Source of the DNA: Gemmatimonadota bacterium
Lineage (GTDB): Bacteria > Gemmatimonadota > Gemmatimonadetes > Palauibacterales > KS3-K002
DNA: 60,940 bases
Direction of reading: 5' to 3'
Assembly: GCA_039586795.1 (NCBI GenBank)
Contig: JBDHJS010000019.1
Location: 1-60,940, forward strand
Under the pieces are notes generated by a model that saw only the letters and a list, made by a program, of their open reading frames with translations, did no database searches and was not told the DNA's origin. The translations under genes were made by a program, and so were the position numbers. The number at the start of each line of letters is the position of its first letter. The stretch's first letter is position 1. Of this stretch, positions 57,981 to 60,940 are shown one piece after another.

Positions 57981-60211
57981 ACGAAAAGCGAAAACCGCGG
58001 CGTGGCGCCAGGGTCCGCTATTTACTCAAGCAGATTCCAAAGACTGGCGATACGACTCGTAACAAGGAGCTCTATCGCTTCCTGCTCCTGATCCTCGCTG
58101 CCGTCGCAATCGATTTCGCCTTTCCCGTCAGCCCCGTCACCGAGATCGCACACTACGAGGAGGGTGTTGTGGCCGATCAGGACGTGATCGCGCCAATCTC
58201 GTTCCCCGTCTACAAATCCGAGGAGGAATTGTCCCGCGAGCGCAATGCGGCGGCCAGCTCTGCTGAGCCAATCTTCGATCATAAGCCTGAATTCACCGAC
58301 AGCGCCATCGCCTCGGCCGCCGCTTTCTTTGCCGCCGTCGACTCGGTCGCCGCTACCGTGGAGCAGGACAGCTTCCGAACCCTCCGCACGTTTCTCGAGG
58401 AAGGGAATATCCCCGCTCCCGGGGCCGCCGCGTCGGTGCTCGTCTCGGAAGAAACGCGCCGCTCGCTGCAAGCAGCCGTCAGCGATGCGTTCGACGTCGA
58501 ATTGAGAGGCGGCGTCGCATCTAGTGGCGACTTGGGAATCGTGACCGCAAGATCGGTCATCGTGCGTCGCGATACGACGGAGCAACGCGCAGCGCGCGAC
58601 TCGCTACGTACCTTGCAGCAGTTCTATCAAGACGTGGCCGCCCGGCTACCCGCTGATATCGATGGCGAGGAACGACGGATCTTCAACACCATGGTGATTC
58701 GGTTCGCCCAGCCGACGATTCGCTTGAACCGCGAAGCGACTGACGTCGCCCAGGAACAAGCCCGGCGCGCCATAGATCCGGTGCAGTACAGTGTGCTGGA
58801 AGGCGAGATCATCGTACGCGAACATGAACGCGTCGGTCCGGAAGATGTCGAGCGCCTTCAGGCGCTGGAGGCCGAACTCGGCGGCGGCGAGCAGCGACAG
58901 GACATTCCCGCCCGCGTTGGTGGGTTCTTCTACAATCTGTTGCTGATTCTCGTCTTCGGCATCGTTCTCAAGTACTACCGGCCGCAAGTCTACCTATCCA
59001 ACCGTTCGGTCACCCTCGTCTGGATTCTGCTGCTCGCCGTGGCTGCCGCCGCGGCGCTGATTTCGCGCGCCGGCTGGCCGCCGCAGCTAATTCCTATCGC
59101 CTTCGCTGCCCTCGTCATCGCGACCCTGTACGACGGGATGCTCGCCCTACTGGCGGTGTTCGTCATAGTAGCGCTCGTCGTGGCGCGCCCTCCCATCTAC
59201 CTGGTCGTGCTCTTCCCGACGGTCATCGGAGGCGCCGCGGCCGCACTTAGCGGCAGGGTTGTGCGACGCAGAGCCTATACCTGGGCTTCCGCCGCCATCA
59301 TCGCGCTCGCCTATGTTGCCGCCGCCATCTGTCTGGCGCTGATCACGCGCCAGGGGCTGCTCTGGACGCTGGAGAGCTCGTTCTGGGGCATGCTCAACGC
59401 GTTCGGTTGCGTGGTCTTGGCGGCCGGGATCATGCCGCTCGCCGAGCAGCTCACGCGAATCACAACCGATCAGTCACTGCTCGAGCTCGCCGATCTCAAC
59501 CGGCCGCTTCTGCGACGACTGTCGTTAGAGGCGCCGGGCACTTACGCCCACTCGATCAACGTGGCCAACCTGGCCGAAGCGGCCGCCCGCGAGATCGGCG
59601 CCGACAGCCTGCTCACGCGTGTTGGCGTCTACTATCATGACATCGGTAAAGTCAAGAAACCTCAGTTCTACGTCGAAAACCAGCCGCGCGGTCGGAATCC
59701 GCACGACAAGATGAAGCCGGCGACCAGCGCTAACATCGTTCGCGAACACGTGAAGGACGGCATCGACATGGCCGACGAAGCCGGCGTACCCGATTCCGTC
59801 AAGGTCTTCATACGCGAGCATCACGGTACGCAGAGAATCGGTTTCTTCTGGGAACAGGCGCAGGAACAGGATCCCGACAGCGAGATCGACGAAAAGGACT
59901 TCCGCTACCCCGGGCCGAAGCCGGCAAGCAAAGAGACCGCCCTCGTGTTGCTGGCCGACTCCGTGGAGTCGGCGGCGCGCGTCCTCCAGGACCCCACGCC
60001 TGAGAGCATCGCGGATCTGGTTGATCTGATCGTCAATCACAAGATGGAAGAGGGTCAACTGGATGAGGCCCCGTTGACGCTCGGCGAGATCACAACCGCG
60101 AAGCAGCAATTCGTGAAGGTGTTGAGCGGGATGTACCACCACCGCCTCGACTATCCGCTCACGAACCGTAATGCAAAGCCGGAAGAGCCGGCGGCACAGA
60201 GCGCGCAGTGA
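57977..60211 (+). CDS. 7TM-HD (HDIG) membrane phosphohydrolase, PgpH-like
   Basis: Extracellular 7TMR-HDED-like region, multiple TMs, EAPGTY.HS, YYHDIGK, ENQ, EHHGT, YPGPKP, LADSVE. Confidence 0.92.
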   Translation: MNEKRKPRRGARVRYLLKQIPKTGDTTRNKELYRFLLLILAAVAIDFAFPVSPVTEIAHYEEGVVADQDVIAPISFPVYKSEEELSRERNAAASSAEPIFDHKPEFTDSAIASAAAFFAAVDSVAATVEQDSFRTLRTFLEEGNIPAPGAAASVLVSEETRRSLQAAVSDAFDVELRGGVASSGDLGIVTARSVIVRRDTTEQRAARDSLRTLQQFYQDVAARLPADIDGEERRIFNTMVIRFAQPTIRLNREATDVAQEQARRAIDPVQYSVLEGEIIVREHERVGPEDVERLQALEAELGGGEQRQDIPARVGGFFYNLLLILVFGIVLKYYRPQVYLSNRSVTLVWILLLAVAAAAALISRAGWPPQLIPIAFAALVIATLYDGMLALLAVFVIVALVVARPPIYLVVLFPTVIGGAAAALSGRVVRRRAYTWASAAIIALAYVAAAICLALITRQGLLWTLESSFWGMLNAFGCVVLAAGIMPLAEQLTRITTDQSLLELADLNRPLLRRLSLEAPGTYAHSINVANLAEAAAREIGADSLLTRVGVYYHDIGKVKKPQFYVENQPRGRNPHDKMKPATSANIVREHVKDGIDMADEAGVPDSVKVFIREHHGTQRIGFFWEQAQEQDPDSEIDEKDFRYPGPKPASKETALVLLADSVESAARVLQDPTPESIADLVDLIVNHKMEEGQLDEAPLTLGEITTAKQQFVKVLSGMYHHRLDYPLTNRNAKPEEPAAQSAQ

Positions 60212-60651
60212 CCGATTCCGGTCTCACCGTTTACGTCAATCAGCTCGAGATCGCCGAGGAGGTTTCCCAGGAAGATGTCGAGCGGGCCGTGGCTGCGACC
60301 GCGAAGCGAGAGGGTCTACGCCAGGGCGAGTTCTCAGTGACCTTCGTCGATGCGTCGACGATTGCCAACCTCAACGAATCACACCTCCGTCGCCAGGGTC
60401 CTACCGACGTCATCGCTTTCCAACTCGGCGAGCCGGACCGGCCCCTTGGCGATGTCTACATCTGCCCTGAAGTCGCCCGTGAGTCGGCGGTAGAGTACGA
60501 TGTCGAGCCGCGTTCCGAGCTGCTGCGGTTGGTTGTGCACGGGATGCTCCATGTCCTGGGTTACGATCACCCCGAAGGCACTGACCGGGCCGACAGCGAG
60601 ATGTTCCGGCGCCAGGAGGAGATCCTGGTGGCTCTGACGCGCCCTTCCTGA
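60208..60651 (+). CDS. ybeY: rRNA maturation RNase YbeY
   Basis: PTDVIAF, LGDVYI, HGMLHVLGYDH zinc motif. Confidence 0.95.
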   Translation: MTDSGLTVYVNQLEIAEEVSQEDVERAVAATAKREGLRQGEFSVTFVDASTIANLNESHLRRQGPTDVIAFQLGEPDRPLGDVYICPEVARESAVEYDVEPRSELLRLVVHGMLHVLGYDHPEGTDRADSEMFRRQEEILVALTRPS

Positions 60652-60657
60652 TTCAAA

Positions 60658-60760
60658 TACGAGTACAATCACCAGTACGATCATGGGTAGGAGTACGAGT
60701 ACGACGATCGGTTCGTACTCGTACTCCTACTGGTTATCGTACTGGTTGATCGAACTCGTA
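60658..60760. repeat. About 100-nt inverted repeat made of GAGTAC-type hexamers
   Basis: Perfect 18-bp core GTAGGAGTACGAGTACGA (60687-60704) / TCGTACTCGTACTCCTAC (60713-60730), extended by CCAGTACGAT/ATCGTACTGG and an outer imperfect stem. Confidence 0.9.
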
Positions 60761-60823
60761 CTCGACACCGTGCGGTGGACTTAGTGCAGCTCTTCTAGTA
60801 AGGTTAGGCCGGGTGAAAGAGCT

Positions 60824-60940
60824 ATGAGCAAAGACAGAAGCAACTGGGCGCTACTCAGGCGCTACTTCCTGACCGGCATCGTCGTGATCGCGCCGATCGG
60901 CGTGACCCTGTTCGTCCTCTGGTGGATCTTCGCACGCCTT
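60824..60940 (+). CDS. DUF502 family membrane protein, 3'-partial
   Basis: MSKDRSNWALLRRYFLTGIVVIAPIGVTLFVLWWIF..., open to the window end. Confidence 0.75.
   Translation, partial: MSKDRSNWALLRRYFLTGIVVIAPIGVTLFVLWWIFARL

Noticed and set aside
60658..60760. Possible CRISPR array (also 43459-43521)
   Set aside because: Units are 6-nt degenerate repeats with no unique spacers, and no cas genes are present.

Overview
GC-rich bacterial chromosomal segment, about 50 CDSs. It is probably from a Gemmatimonadota-like organism; this is an inference from the gene order purF-pssA-psd-purC-purB-degP-fsa-truA-lexA and panBCD-HD-LytR_C-aspS-phoH-7TM/HD-ybeY-DUF502. (1) 1-13.3 kb: a tightly coupled MoxR AAA+/VWA envelope operon (GATase-like membrane protein, caspase-fold protein lacking the catalytic Cys, TPR-HEXXH peptidase, DUF4159, MoxR, DUF58, BatA/VWA, DUF4175-like coiled coil). 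(2) 13.4-33.9 kb: a mixed accessory stretch (lipoproteins, DsbA, F420/NADP oxidoreductase plus a divergent viperin-like radical SAM, rhodanese, sucA-sucB-lpdA, nhaA, GH2+galM, orphan PAS kinase, a gene remnant). (3) 33.9-44.3 kb: minus-strand housekeeping block ending in lexA. (4) 44.6-60.9 kb: HEAT + HD-GYP pair, S8 protease, panBCD, aspS, phoH, PgpH-like, ybeY. Best leads: the viperin-like radical SAM paired with an oxidoreductase; a candidate LexA operator (TTCGG-N6-TTCGG, twice) lying on the lexA promoter; a shared N-terminal domain in the HEAT and HD-GYP proteins; a bulged-A leader hairpin before panB; and hexamer-repeat intergenic elements. I saw no tRNA, rRNA, CRISPR array or transposase. 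All assignments come from motif recognition by eye; no database searches were run.
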